Shown here piece after piece: positions 1 through 10,317 of a DNA stretch of 64,000 nucleotides. The notes beneath the pieces were generated by a model that searched no databases, had not been told where the DNA came from, and was given only the letters and a program-made list of their open reading frames with translations. The stretch covers positions 352,001 through 416,000 of the forward strand of contig CAVRAY010000001.1 of the NCBI GenBank assembly GCA_963719225.1, given 5' to 3'. Position 1 is the stretch's first letter; each line of letters opens with the position of its first letter. The position numbers were made by a program, and so were the translations under genes. Origin of the DNA: Thermoanaerobaculia bacterium (GTDB lineage: Bacteria; Acidobacteriota; Thermoanaerobaculia; UBA5066).

Positions 1-715
1 TGTGGGCGCCGCCCGGGAACAGAAGCATGCGCTTCGGCTCCGCGGAGGCCGCGAGGAGCTTGTGCGCCGACGCGGACCGGCCGGGGTCGGCTTCGCAGGC
101 GAGAAGGAGCGCCGCGTGCGGCACGACATTCTTCCCGCCGGCGAGCGGCCGAACACGCGGCTCGTTCACGGAGATCGCCACGGCCGCGTCCACCAGCTTC
201 TCCGACGAGGCCAGAAGGGCGAGATAGCCGCCGACCGAGAGGCCGAGGGCCGCCGTTCGCGGCGACTTCGTCCTCAGCCACCTGGCCGCGGCCTCGACGT
301 CGCGCGGGAAAGCCGCCGGGTCCTTGAGGAGGGAGGGGGAGATCCGGAGCGTCGAGCCGCCTCTCTTCGTCGACTCGCCGTGGGCGCGCAGGTCGAAGGA
401 GAGAGTCGCGAAGCCCCGTGCGCGGAGCTCCTCGGCGAAAGGTTCCCACTCGCGCCGGTCTCGCGAAAAATCGTGGATGAGGAGGACGCCCGGCGCCTGC
501 GCGTCGCCGTTCACGGGACGCCAGGAAGCTGCGAGAGCGACCCCGTCGGCCGTCGGGATCGTCACGCGGAAGGGGTCGACGGGACGCGGCACCGGCGTGG
601 GCTCCGGGGTCTTCCTCTTCTTCCTTTTCGCGGCTTCGGCGGTCCCGCTCGCGAGAAGCGCGACAGCAGCGGTCGCGGCGATCGCGCGCCGGAGGGCGGG
701 CCCGAAAACGGTCAC
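1..715 (-). CDS. Secreted alpha/beta hydrolase (3' end runs off the window)
   Basis: Manual translation from GTG at 715, which overlaps the upstream stop (GTGA). It has a signal-like N-terminus, 'LLIHDFSRDRREW', 'FDLRAHGES' and a GLSVGG nucleophile elbow. No stop codon before the window edge. Confidence 0.8.
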   Translation of the reverse strand, partial: MTVFGPALRRAIAATAAVALLASGTAEAAKRKKRKTPEPTPVPRPVDPFRVTIPTADGVALAASWRPVNGDAQAPGVLLIHDFSRDRREWEPFAEELRARGFATLSFDLRAHGESTKRGGSTLRISPSLLKDPAAFPRDVEAAARWLRTKSPRTAALGLSVGGYLALLASSEKLVDAAVAISVNEPRVRPLAGGKNVVPHAALLLACEADPGRSASAHKLLAASAEPKRMLLFPGGAH

Positions 716-1737
716 TTCGGCTTGAAGCCGCTGCCGAAGGCGAAGAGGAAGTGGTCGTGCGCGTAGTGGGTGAGCAGGAACGAGAGCACGACCGCGTAGT
801 AGCTGGGTTCCGCCGGCAGGCGCAGCACGACGGTGAGGAGCAGGATCACGAGCGTGGCCCCGGTCGTCATCAGGAGATTCCAGCCGTAGTAGCGGAAGAA
901 CTTCCCGGGCCGCCCCATTTTCCTCACGAATTCGGCGCCGGCCGCGGCGTTGTCCTGCCGGAGGATGAGGTACGTGAGCCCGAGGTACTGGAAGGAGTGC
1001 CACGCGTTGAACCCCTGGAAGGAGATCGAGAGCTCGGGCAGGCGCGGGACGAGGAGGGCCACGCCGATCGTGAGTCCCATGAAGAAGGCGTACGGACCGG
1101 CGAGCTCGCGGCGGCGGATCTGGTTCGCGGTGAAGACGACCCATGCGGCGATGAGCGCCGCCGTGAAGAAGGCGAAGGAGTCGGCGAACCAGGCGTGCTT
1201 CAGGAAAGCGGGGAACCAGAGCGTCGTTTCACCGATGCGGAACGTGCCCGCGACGTGCCGGTACATCGCGTAGCTGTAGAGCGACGTGATGACGACCGAG
1301 AAGTCGAGGAGACGCTGCCACGGGCGCGCCGCGCCGCCCTTCTCGCGATAGAGGTACCCGATGTACGAAGCCTGGTCGCACACGTGGATCGATGCCCACG
1401 TGAAGAAGAACGTGAGGAGCCACGGGAAGGCGTAGACGGCGCCGAGGATGACGCCGATCGGGACGACCACGACGGGCGCCCACGTGAGCGCCGGGTGAAG
1501 CTGCCGGAAGCGGGGCTCGAAGACGGTCTTCAGGAACGTGGCGTACATGTGCGGGCCGCCGATGAGGAGCGTGATCAGAAGGTCCACGCCGCCGGCCGTG
1601 GTCTTGCCGAACGTATGCATCAGCGGCGGAACGGCGACGAGAGCCGCCGACAGGGTCAGAACCACGAGGTCCCAGCGCGGATTCGCGATCCACTGCGAGG
1701 ACCGGGAAGGGGCCAGGACCTGCGCTTCGGCGTTCAT
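712..1737 (-). CDS. Uncharacterized polytopic membrane protein with His motifs
   Basis: C-terminal part of ORF 712..2658, starting at MNAEAQ. Many hydrophobic helices and His motifs GPHMYATF, IHVCDQ, WHSFQYL, THYAHDH. Confidence 0.7.
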   Translation of the reverse strand: MNAEAQVLAPSRSSQWIANPRWDLVVLTLSAALVAVPPLMHTFGKTTAGGVDLLITLLIGGPHMYATFLKTVFEPRFRQLHPALTWAPVVVVPIGVILGAVYAFPWLLTFFFTWASIHVCDQASYIGYLYREKGGAARPWQRLLDFSVVITSLYSYAMYRHVAGTFRIGETTLWFPAFLKHAWFADSFAFFTAALIAAWVVFTANQIRRRELAGPYAFFMGLTIGVALLVPRLPELSISFQGFNAWHSFQYLGLTYLILRQDNAAAGAEFVRKMGRPGKFFRYYGWNLLMTTGATLVILLLTVVLRLPAEPSYYAVVLSFLLTHYAHDHFLFAFGSGFKPK

Positions 1738-1827
1738 GACGTGGTCGCGGGCCTTGGGGCTTCGGGCCCGGCGGCGCGAGTGTAGCAAAGGGAAGAAAGG
1801 CCTTCGGGCGGGCGTTAAGATCGTCGA

Positions 1828-2820
1828 ATGAGCGCGCTCCCGATCGCACGCCCCGCGCCGGTCGACCCGGCGCTCGACCTCGAGGCCGCGATCCGCGGCC
1901 TCAAGAAGGAGCGCAACGCGGTCGTTCTGGCGCACTACTACCAGGAGTCCGAGATCCAGGATCTCGCCGACTTCGTAGGCGACTCGCTCGAGCTCGCGAG
2001 GCGCGGGACTCAGGTGAAGGAGAAGGTCATCGCGTTCGCGGGCGTCCACTTCATGGCCGAGACCTCGAAAATCCTCACGCCGGAGAAGACGGTGGTCGTG
2101 CCGGACCTCGAGGCCGGATGCTCGCTCGCGGACGGCTGCCCGGCGCCGCTCTTCGGCGAGTGGCTGAAGAGATACCCCGGACACACGGTCGTCAGCTACA
2201 TCAACTGCTCGGCGGGCGTGAAGGCGCTTTCGGACGTCATCGTGACGTCGTCCTCGGCCGAAGTCATCCTGAGGCAGATTCCCGATCCGGTCGTGTTCGC
2301 GCCGGACCGGAACCTCGCCGCATGGCTCGAGAAGAAGCTGAACCGGAAGTTCGTCGTGTGGCCCGGGACGTGCATCGTGCACGAGACGTTTTCGGAGAAG
2401 AAGCTCGTCGACCTCATGACGCGAAATCCCGAAGCGGAGGTCATCGCGCATCCTGAGTGCGAAGAGCGGATCCTGCGCCACGCGACCTTCGTCGCCTCCA
2501 CGTCCGGCCTCCTGAAACACGTCACGACGTCGCCCAAGAGGGCGTTCATCGTGGCGACCGAGGAAGGGATCCTCCACCAGATGCGCCGGGCGGCACCGGA
2601 AAAGACGCTGATCCCCGCGCCGCCGGACGCGGATTGCGCGTGCAACATCTGCCCGCACATGAAGCGCAACACGCTCGAGAAGCTTTATCTTTGCCTGCGC
2701 GACCTCGAGCCTGCGATCGAGGTTCCCGAAGACGTGAGGATCAGGGCGAAGCGCTCCATCGACCGAATGCTCGAGATGACGGCCGGAATGACGCTGACCC
2801 CCGTCGGCTCGCGGTCTTGA
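1828..2820 (+). CDS. nadA: Quinolinate synthase
   Basis: Motifs AHYYQ, GVHFMAE, AGCSLAD, SYINCSA, GTCIVH, AHPEC and CACNICPHMK (4Fe-4S cysteines). Confidence 0.95.
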   Translation: MSALPIARPAPVDPALDLEAAIRGLKKERNAVVLAHYYQESEIQDLADFVGDSLELARRGTQVKEKVIAFAGVHFMAETSKILTPEKTVVVPDLEAGCSLADGCPAPLFGEWLKRYPGHTVVSYINCSAGVKALSDVIVTSSSAEVILRQIPDPVVFAPDRNLAAWLEKKLNRKFVVWPGTCIVHETFSEKKLVDLMTRNPEAEVIAHPECEERILRHATFVASTSGLLKHVTTSPKRAFIVATEEGILHQMRRAAPEKTLIPAPPDADCACNICPHMKRNTLEKLYLCLRDLEPAIEVPEDVRIRAKRSIDRMLEMTAGMTLTPVGSRS

Positions 2821-5141
2821 GCGCGCAACCCCGGCCGCGCCTCCCCCGGGCCGCGCTGGGCGTGGGCGCGCTCCTCCTCGCGACCGGACTCGTCGCGGCC
2901 TTGCGCGTCCTTCCGGAATGGCGGGCTGCGAATCCCCGCCCGGCGGGCCTGATCGAGAAGGCGCGGGGGATCGCCGCTTCCGCGGGCGCCACGCTGTCGC
3001 GCGCCTCCGTCGTCCTCGAAGGTCGGCCGGATGCGTCGCGGATGTTCGAACGCGCCTATCGGCGGCTCCGTCGCCGGGCCTCGACGTATCTCGAGGCGAC
3101 GGGCGGCGCGATGGCCTGGACGGTGTCGGGCAACATCGAGGTCCCGGCGACCGGCACAGGTCCGGCGGAATTCGCCTTTTTCCCCGATGGCTCCCTGCAG
3201 GCCTTGCATTGGCGTCCCGCCGGCTCGCTGTTCGGTGCCACCGACACGAAGCTCCAGCCCCTTCGCCGGGCGTTCTTCGATCGCATCGAGGTTCCGCTGG
3301 CGGCCGGCCAGAAAAGGTCGGGATCGGAATACGAGTTCTCGGGAGGGAACGGCCTGGTCCGGGTCCACCCGCTCGAGACCGCGGAAGGCAGGCCTGCGGA
3401 GTGCATCGTCCTCCAGGAACGCGGAAACGTGCTCTTCTCCGCCTCGCGTCAGCTCTCCGACCCCGACGCGCCCAAGCAGTTCGACGCCGAAGGGATCACC
3501 CGGCAGATCTACAGGTTCGTCCCGAGGCTTCTGCTTTTTCTTTCCGTCATCGCTCTTTTTGGAGTCCTCCTCTACAAGCGCCGCCTCGGTTTCAGGATCG
3601 GAATCTCCCTCGTCGTTTTCGCGGCGGTCTACGAGATCGCGGCGGGCCTCGGAGACGACGCGAACCTCGGCAGCCTCGCCGGTTTCGTGATCGCGGTCCG
3701 CATCTTCCTGCTCCTCTATTTCCTGGGTCTGTGGGCCGTGGCCGAATCGCTTCTCCGCGACACAGTCCCGGGCTTCACGACGAGCCTCGACGCGTTCGCG
3801 GCGAGACGGCTCGGTCCGCGCGGCGGGCGGGCCATCCTCGCCGGCCTCGGCGGAGGTGCCGCGCTCGTGGGGGTCTCCCTGCTCGCCTTCTCCGCGGCCG
3901 CCGTTGCTTCGCCTTCGGGCGTGTGGCCGTCGGCACCGTCGTTCCCGTATCCGCTCTTCCAGCCGCAAAACGGGCCCTTCTTCGAAGGAGGATTCGACAC
4001 GGCGCTCTTCGCGCTCTTCGTCGCGCTCTTCCGTTTCGTCGTGCCGCGCCGGCTCGCGAGCGTCGCGGCGGCCGTCTCCTTCGCGCTCTATACCTCGGTA
4101 TCAATGCCCCTTCATCCATGGGGAGCGGGCCTCGCCCTGGCGCTTGCGTCCGCGGCGGTGCTGCTGTGGGCGTTCGACCGGTACGGGCTCGCGGCACTCC
4201 TCGTCGCAGCGGTTTCCTCGGCGCTCCTGCGCGACGCTCTCGTTGCGAGCATGCATCTCGAAGGCAACCTCCTCCCCGCGCTCCTGACGGTGGGGCCCCT
4301 TCTCGCCGTCGCCGCGGCCGGCGCGGTCGGGCTCGCGCGGCCCGAACGCGACGAGGAAGGCCGCCTCGACGCGCCCGGCTACGTGAGGCGCCTCGAGTCG
4401 GAAAGGCGCGTGAAATACGAGATGGACCTCCTTTCGCGCATGCAGCTCTCCCTTCTCCCGGAGAGGCCGCCCTCCGTGGAGGGACTCGAGCTATCGGTGA
4501 AGACGATCCTCGCGACCGAGGCGGGCGGCGATCTTTACGACTTCGTGCGGGACGAGGCGGGCGCCCTTTGGATCGCGGCGGGCGACGTGTCGGGACACGG
4601 CTATTCCTGCGGCATCCAGCAGGCGATGGTCATGGCCGCGCTCTCGAGCCTGGTGAAGGCGGAAAGAAAGCCGTCGGAGATTCTCGTGGAAATCGACCGC
4701 GTCCTGCGCATGGGCCGCAGCGCGCGGCTCTTCACGTCGGTTGCGCTCCTGCGCCTCGACCCGGCGACCGGCTCCGGTCTGCTCGCGAATGCGGGACACC
4801 CCTTCCCGATCCTGCTGCACGAAGGCAAGACGGTCGAGGTCACGGGCTCCGGCCTGCCGCTCGGGCAGGGTCCGAAGCGAACGTACGCGGACGTCCCGGT
4901 CGAGATTCCGAAGGGCGGCGTGCTCGTCCTCGCGTCCGACGGACTCTTCGAGGGGTCCGACCGGTTCGACGTCCCTTACGGCTTCGAACGTCCCCGCACG
5001 GTCCTCGAGTCGACGAGCCTCTGGCGCCGGCCGCCCGAGTCCATCGTCGAAGCGCTCCTCGCGGACTGGCGGCTGCACGTGGGTGACGGGCCTCCCTCCG
5101 ACGACACGACGATCCTCGTCGTCAAGAGGCCGCTGTTTTGA
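2817..5141 (+). CDS. Membrane-bound PP2C/SpoIIE-family Ser/Thr phosphatase
   Basis: Likely TTG start overlapping the nadA stop. N-terminal TM, extracytoplasmic region, multi-TM block, then GGDLYD, GDVSGHG, NAGHP, SDGL and DDTT motifs. Confidence 0.85.
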   Translation: MSAQPRPRLPRAALGVGALLLATGLVAALRVLPEWRAANPRPAGLIEKARGIAASAGATLSRASVVLEGRPDASRMFERAYRRLRRRASTYLEATGGAMAWTVSGNIEVPATGTGPAEFAFFPDGSLQALHWRPAGSLFGATDTKLQPLRRAFFDRIEVPLAAGQKRSGSEYEFSGGNGLVRVHPLETAEGRPAECIVLQERGNVLFSASRQLSDPDAPKQFDAEGITRQIYRFVPRLLLFLSVIALFGVLLYKRRLGFRIGISLVVFAAVYEIAAGLGDDANLGSLAGFVIAVRIFLLLYFLGLWAVAESLLRDTVPGFTTSLDAFAARRLGPRGGRAILAGLGGGAALVGVSLLAFSAAAVASPSGVWPSAPSFPYPLFQPQNGPFFEGGFDTALFALFVALFRFVVPRRLASVAAAVSFALYTSVSMPLHPWGAGLALALASAAVLLWAFDRYGLAALLVAAVSSALLRDALVASMHLEGNLLPALLTVGPLLAVAAAGAVGLARPERDEEGRLDAPGYVRRLESERRVKYEMDLLSRMQLSLLPERPPSVEGLELSVKTILATEAGGDLYDFVRDEAGALWIAAGDVSGHGYSCGIQQAMVMAALSSLVKAERKPSEILVEIDRVLRMGRSARLFTSVALLRLDPATGSGLLANAGHPFPILLHEGKTVEVTGSGLPLGQGPKRTYADVPVEIPKGGVLVLASDGLFEGSDRFDVPYGFERPRTVLESTSLWRRPPESIVEALLADWRLHVGDGPPSDDTTILVVKRPLF

Positions 5142-5224
5142 AACCCCTGCTTCCCGCCTTGCCTCTTCCTCACGGATCAGGCGCTGTGAGTTCATTCTGA
5201 TATATTCTGCTTCGGAGTGAATCC

Positions 5225-5473
5225 GTGCCCAGAACCGTGACCATCCGGCTGCCCGACAAGTCGTACGAAATCGTGCGGGCCGCCGCTGAAGCGGACCGGC
5301 GCTCCATCGCGAACTTGATCGAAACCGCCACGCTTCGGTACCTCGAGGAAGAGTCCTTCATGGAGGCCGCCGAAGGTCGAGAGGTCCTGTCCGACCGCGG
5401 ACTCCTCCGGCGGCTCAAAACCGGGCACGCCGAGGCCATGACGCGGAAGGGGCGCTTCGTGCGTGGCCTATAG
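5225..5473 (+). CDS. Ribbon-helix-helix (CopG-like) antitoxin
   Basis: 'RTVTIRLPD...AAEADRRSIANLIE' RHH pattern; overlaps the downstream RelE-like gene. Confidence 0.75.
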   Translation: MPRTVTIRLPDKSYEIVRAAAEADRRSIANLIETATLRYLEEESFMEAAEGREVLSDRGLLRRLKTGHAEAMTRKGRFVRGL

Positions 5474-5741
5474 GGTTTTCGAGACGCGGCAGTTTCAACG
5501 GGATCTCGAGGCGCTCGGGCCCGCCGTGCGCGACAGGCTCGAGAAGAAGTTGCGAAGCCACGTGTATCCGTTCCTCGCCGAGAGCCCCCGCTTCGGGCCC
5601 AACGTGAAGCGCCTCCTGGGATTCGACCCGCCCACGTGGCGATACCGAATCGGAGACTGGCGTTTCTTCTTCTCGATCGACGATGAGAAACAGATCGTGT
5701 CGATGTTGACGGCGGATCACCGGAGCCGGGCGTACCGATGA
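5463..5741 (+). CDS. RelE/ParE-family toxin (RelE-like)
   Basis: 92 aa with 'YRVFETRQFQRDL' and 'WRYRIGDWRFFFSID...DHRSRAYR'. Confidence 0.85.
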   Translation: MAYRVFETRQFQRDLEALGPAVRDRLEKKLRSHVYPFLAESPRFGPNVKRLLGFDPPTWRYRIGDWRFFFSIDDEKQIVSMLTADHRSRAYR

Positions 5742-6910
5742 TTGAAGTACGCCGCCCGCCGCTCGAAGGAATCGTCGTGCTCGACCTCTCCCGCGTCCTG
5801 GCCGGGCCGGTCGCGACGATGGTGCTCGCGGATCTTGGCGCCCGCGTCGTGAAGGTCGAGGATCCGCGCGGCGGCGACTTCTCACGCGGCTGGAAGCCGC
5901 CGATTCTCGACGGCGAGTCGGCGTACTTCCTGTCCGTGAACCGGCGAAAGGAATCGGCGGCGGTGGATCTCGGGACGGCGGTGGGCGCCGAGTTCGTGCG
6001 GCGCTGGGCCGCGAAGGCGGACGTCCTCGTCGAGAACTTCCTTCCGGGCGCGCTCGAGAGGCGCGGTCTCGGGGTCGAGTCGCTTCGCGTGCTGAATCCA
6101 CGCCTCGTCGCCTGCTCGATCTCCGGCGCCGGAGACGTGGGGCCCGAAGCCGGCGAGCCGGGCTTCGACCTCCTCGCGCAGGGGGCCACGGGGCTCATGT
6201 GGATCACGGGCCCTACGGATGGAGGCCCTTACAAAGTGGGCGTCGCGGTCGTCGATGTTCTCGCCGGGTGGTCCGCGGTGACGGCGATCCTCGGCGCGCT
6301 GCAGGCCCGTGAACGAGACGGAATCGGGGCTCACGTGAGGACGAACCTCGTCTCGACGGGGCTCGCCGCGCTCGTTAACGTCGCGGGCTCGGCGCTCGCG
6401 ACGAACCGGGAGGCGACACGCCACGGCAACTCCCACGCGACGATCGAGCCTTATCGCGCCTTCGAGGCTTCGGACGGCGGGTTCCTTCTCGCGATCGGAA
6501 CGGACCGGCAATTCGGGATTCTCTGTGAAGGGGTCATCGGGCGGCCGGACCTGGCCACGAATCCGCGGTTCGCCACGAACGTGGGACGCGTCTCGAACCG
6601 CGCGGCGCTCGTTCCGATCCTCGAAGAAATCTTCGCAAGGGAGTCCCGAGCCACGTGGCTCGCACGCCTCCGCGAGGCCGCCCTTCCCGCCGGGCCCATC
6701 GCGGGCCCCCTCGAGGGGATTCGCTCGCCCCAGGCGACCGCGCTGGGATCGGTACTCGAGACGACCCGGGACGGGCGGACCGTCCCGACGATCCGGCCGC
6801 CTTTCTTCCTCGACGGCTTCGCCGAGCCCGCCCCCGTCGCCCCCCCGCGCCTCGGCGAGGACACCGAGCGCCTCTTCGCCGAAGTCGGACTCGACTGCGC
6901 CGAACCATAA
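5738..6910 (+). CDS. Family III CoA-transferase (CaiB/BaiF)
   Basis: 'PLEGIVVLDLSRVLAGP...LADLGARVVKVE', 'NRRKES', 'ADVLVENF', GFD catalytic Asp and 'PPRLGEDT'. Confidence 0.93.
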   Translation: MIEVRRPPLEGIVVLDLSRVLAGPVATMVLADLGARVVKVEDPRGGDFSRGWKPPILDGESAYFLSVNRRKESAAVDLGTAVGAEFVRRWAAKADVLVENFLPGALERRGLGVESLRVLNPRLVACSISGAGDVGPEAGEPGFDLLAQGATGLMWITGPTDGGPYKVGVAVVDVLAGWSAVTAILGALQARERDGIGAHVRTNLVSTGLAALVNVAGSALATNREATRHGNSHATIEPYRAFEASDGGFLLAIGTDRQFGILCEGVIGRPDLATNPRFATNVGRVSNRAALVPILEEIFARESRATWLARLREAALPAGPIAGPLEGIRSPQATALGSVLETTRDGRTVPTIRPPFFLDGFAEPAPVAPPRLGEDTERLFAEVGLDCAEP

Positions 6911-6921
6911 GGAGACCGATC

Positions 6922-7338
6922 ATGCCGGACCTGATTGAGCTGCTCACGTTCGAATCGCACAAGCTGGTGATGGCCGCCCCGCACCTCCTCAAGCACCGAC
7001 TCAAGGAAAAGATCAAGAAGCTCGTGCGGGAGCCGTTCTTCAACGAAGCCGCCATGATCAAGGCGATGAAAGAGGTACAGCGGGAGCTGGACCTCCATTT
7101 GAGGTCACATCCCGATCGGGAGAGAGCGATGGTCGGAGCGATGATCGTGTACTGCGTGCTGCTCCGGGAAGAAGTGCGTCAGATGGTACATCTCGACCAC
7201 CAGCACCCGGACATGCACTTGCTGCGGGGCCACGTTAACAACGTATTTCGCCTGCAGGCGATGATTCAGCCCTTGCTGAAGGAGGCTAACGCTCACCAGA
7301 TCGAAGAACTGGAAGAAGCACTCCGACGAATTCACTAG
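6922..7338 (+). CDS. Hypothetical helical, His-rich protein
   Basis: ATG at 6922 preceded by AAGGAG; 138 aa, 'MPDLIELLTFESHKL...'. Confidence 0.65.
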   Translation: MPDLIELLTFESHKLVMAAPHLLKHRLKEKIKKLVREPFFNEAAMIKAMKEVQRELDLHLRSHPDRERAMVGAMIVYCVLLREEVRQMVHLDHQHPDMHLLRGHVNNVFRLQAMIQPLLKEANAHQIEELEEALRRIH

Positions 7339-7399
7339 TCCAGGGTTGGCCGTCATTAGCGTACTTTTCGGTGCAGAATGGGTGCACAGGAGGCCTCCA

Positions 7400-9697
7400 A
7401 TGCCCGGTCGCGCCGCTCGTCCGCTCTGTGCGCTCGCCTTCGCATTCGCATCCCTGCCTGCGCTCGCGGCGTCCCGAGTCGTCGTCGTGCCGATCGTCCT
7501 TTCCTCGGCGGGCGCGCAAACCTCTTTCTTCACGACGGAGCTCGCGTTCACAAACCGCGGCACGACGGACGCGACCATGACGCTCGCCTACACGAACGCG
7601 TTCGGAGGCGCGAACGGGTCGAGGCAGCAGACGCTCGGCGCGGGAGCCCAGATGATCGTGCCGGACGCGATCGTCTATTTGCAGAACCTCGGGATCCCCG
7701 TCGGGTCCTCCGGGAATCGCGGCGGGACGCTGCGCGTGACTTTCGACGGGCTCTCCACGGATGACGCCGGCGCGGTGACGGCGCGGACGACGACCGCGGT
7801 GACGGGCGGGCGGGCCGGGCTCGCGTACGCCGGCCTCGACCCGTCCCGCCTCCTCTCGGCGCCCGTCGTCCTGAGCGGCCTGCGTCAGAACCTGAACGAC
7901 CGGTCGAACGTTGCCGTGATTCACGGGGGAGCTCCCTCCGACGGCGACATCACGTTGCGGCTGACCGTCGTCTCGGGCGACCCGGCGAATCCGCTCACGC
8001 GCGTGCTGCCCGACATCCCGCTTTCGCCAGGAGGTTTCGCGCAGATTTCCGGAATCCTGACCTCGAACGGCCTGAATCTGACGAACGCGTGGGTCAAGGT
8101 CGAGCGCGTCTCGGGCACGGCCCTCTTCTACGCGTACGGCGTCGTGAACGACCAGGCGAACTCCGACGGGTCCTTCGTTCCGCCCGCGCCATTCGCGCCG
8201 CCGGACGCGATCGCGCGGCTGACCCTGCCGGTCATCGTCGAGACGAGCGTCTTCAACAGCGAGCTCGTCCTCACGAACTTCGGGAGTACGGCGCGCCATC
8301 TCGTCCTCACCTACCGCACGTCGGCTGTTCCGGGAGGCGCCGTGACCCTCGGCCTCGACCTCGCGCCGAACGAGCAACAGATCCTCTCCAACTTCGTCCA
8401 GCTTCTCAGGGACCGCGGCGTGCTCACGGTGCCGCAGGGGCCGACGTTCACGGGCGCGCTCTTCGTGAGCGAAAACACGGGCGACCTGCGCGGTCTCGGC
8501 GTGGGCGCGCGCACCGCGACGCCGGGAGGGGGCGGGCGCTACGGCCTCTTCTACACGGCGGTCCCGGGTCCGACGGATGCGGTTTACACGGCATGGCATT
8601 ACGGCCTCAGGCAGGACGCCGAAAACAGGACGAACCTCGCGTTCGTGAACACGGGCGCCGTGGATGCCTCGGACTGCGTCCTCCGTCTCGACCTCTACGA
8701 CGGCGACACGGGACACCTCGCGGGAACGGCCGACAACGTGACGATCCCCTCGGGAGGATTCCTTCAGCTCAACCAGGTTCTCTCGACGTACGCGCCCGGC
8801 GTCTCGAACGGGTACGGTCTCGTGACGAAGAAGACGGGGCTGAATCCGTACATCTCGTACACCGTCGTCAACGACGGCGGCGCGCCGGGGCAGCGCAGCG
8901 GAGACGGCGCCTACGCGCAGAGCGAGGCCTGCTCGCCGAAGGTCACGGTCGACATCACGTCTTACTACTCACTCCGCCAGTCGTCGCCGAACTTCACCGG
9001 CACGTGCTTCACGCCGAACAGCAACGTCTCGATCTCCAATTTCACGAATTTCTTCGAGCCCTGCCGGGGCCTCATCGTCGTCCCGGGCACGACGCATCCC
9101 GTCGATGCGAACGGGAGCTTCCAGTTCCAGCTCCCCCCGACCGCGTTCGCCTTCTGCACCGTCACCGGAGACTGGACGAACACCTTCTATGACGTCGGCG
9201 GCAAGTCGATTCCCATCACGTTCCACGTCATCGACGGTGGGGCGGCGAACACGCTCGTAAAGGCGGGAGACACGCGCGTTCCGCTGACAGCGCGCATCGG
9301 CAGCGAAAACGGTTCCGGCACGGCCGTCATGACCCAGCTCAAGCCCGTCGTCGACGTTCCGGGCTCCCTCGGCACGTCGCGCGGCGACGTCTTGTACACG
9401 GTCACGGGCGCGCAGCCCAACCGGACCTATACGGTAATTCTGAAGGGATTCGGGCTCTGCTCGGGCTTCGGCGCGGCGACGAGCGACTCTTCCACGCGTT
9501 CCTTCGGGACGGTCACGTCCGACGCGACGGGCAAGGTGTCGGGGTACCTCCACACGTACCTCCGCGACACCGGGGCCACGGGCTACTTCGCCCCGATCCT
9601 CTCGCTCACGACCGACGGCGGCGTTCCGCTCTCGGCGAACGTCGCGTACCAGGCGACGTTCACGATCGTGAACGCCTGGCGGGCGCCTCTCTTCTGA
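7400..9697 (+). CDS. Secreted multi-domain beta-rich protein
   Basis: AGGAGG RBS before ATG 7400 and a signal peptide. Internally repeated modules ('FTTELAFTN/FNSELVLTN', 'RSNVAVIH/RTNLAFVN', 'YGVVND/YTVVND'). Confidence 0.7.
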   Translation: MPGRAARPLCALAFAFASLPALAASRVVVVPIVLSSAGAQTSFFTTELAFTNRGTTDATMTLAYTNAFGGANGSRQQTLGAGAQMIVPDAIVYLQNLGIPVGSSGNRGGTLRVTFDGLSTDDAGAVTARTTTAVTGGRAGLAYAGLDPSRLLSAPVVLSGLRQNLNDRSNVAVIHGGAPSDGDITLRLTVVSGDPANPLTRVLPDIPLSPGGFAQISGILTSNGLNLTNAWVKVERVSGTALFYAYGVVNDQANSDGSFVPPAPFAPPDAIARLTLPVIVETSVFNSELVLTNFGSTARHLVLTYRTSAVPGGAVTLGLDLAPNEQQILSNFVQLLRDRGVLTVPQGPTFTGALFVSENTGDLRGLGVGARTATPGGGGRYGLFYTAVPGPTDAVYTAWHYGLRQDAENRTNLAFVNTGAVDASDCVLRLDLYDGDTGHLAGTADNVTIPSGGFLQLNQVLSTYAPGVSNGYGLVTKKTGLNPYISYTVVNDGGAPGQRSGDGAYAQSEACSPKVTVDITSYYSLRQSSPNFTGTCFTPNSNVSISNFTNFFEPCRGLIVVPGTTHPVDANGSFQFQLPPTAFAFCTVTGDWTNTFYDVGGKSIPITFHVIDGGAANTLVKAGDTRVPLTARIGSENGSGTAVMTQLKPVVDVPGSLGTSRGDVLYTVTGAQPNRTYTVILKGFGLCSGFGAATSDSSTRSFGTVTSDATGKVSGYLHTYLRDTGATGYFAPILSLTTDGGVPLSANVAYQATFTIVNAWRAPLF

Positions 9698-9729
9698 TAC
9701 GTCCCGACTAGAATCCGTCGGGAAAGGCG

Positions 9730-10317
9730 GTGGAGGTGCGAGTCGCGCCCGTGGGGGACATCACCTTGCTCCTCGCCGCCATCCGCGCGGGCGACGAAGA
9801 CGCGTCGTCGCGGCTTTTCTCTCTCGTCTACGACGAGCTCAAGCGCATCGCGCGCCGGCAGCTCCGCGTTCGGCTCCGACCCACGCTCACGACGACCGCT
9901 CTCGTCCACGAGACGTACGTGAAGCTCTCGGCGCACGGGCGCTGGTCGGCTCGCGACCGTTCTCACTTCTTCGCGCTCGCCGCGCGCGCGATGCGTCAGG
10001 TCGTCGTGGATTACGCGCGTGAACGGACCCGCGCCAAGCGGGGCGGGCGTGCGGCGCGCATCACGCTCGACGCGGCGTACGTCGTCTCGGTCGACGGCCC
10101 GGCCGAAGAAATCCTCGCGGTGGATCAGGCGCTCGAGCGGCTGGGGGAAGCCGATCCGGACCTGGCGCGCATCGTGGAGTGGCGGTTCTTCGGCGGACTG
10201 TCCATCGAGGAGATCGCCGACTCGCTGGAAGTCTCCGACAGGACCGTGAAGCGCCACTGGCGGGCCGCCCGGGCCTTCCTCTATCGGGAGCTCGGGGCTG
10301 GAGGCGCCACGGGATGA
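9730..10317 (+). CDS. ECF sigma factor, TIGR02999-like (kinase-associated)
   Basis: 'LFSLVYDELKRIARRQL', 'TLTTTALVHETYVKL', 'ARAMRQVVVDYAR', 'RFFGGLSIEEIA...VSDRTVKRHW'. Confidence 0.92.
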   Translation: MEVRVAPVGDITLLLAAIRAGDEDASSRLFSLVYDELKRIARRQLRVRLRPTLTTTALVHETYVKLSAHGRWSARDRSHFFALAARAMRQVVVDYARERTRAKRGGRAARITLDAAYVVSVDGPAEEILAVDQALERLGEADPDLARIVEWRFFGGLSIEEIADSLEVSDRTVKRHWRAARAFLYRELGAGGATG

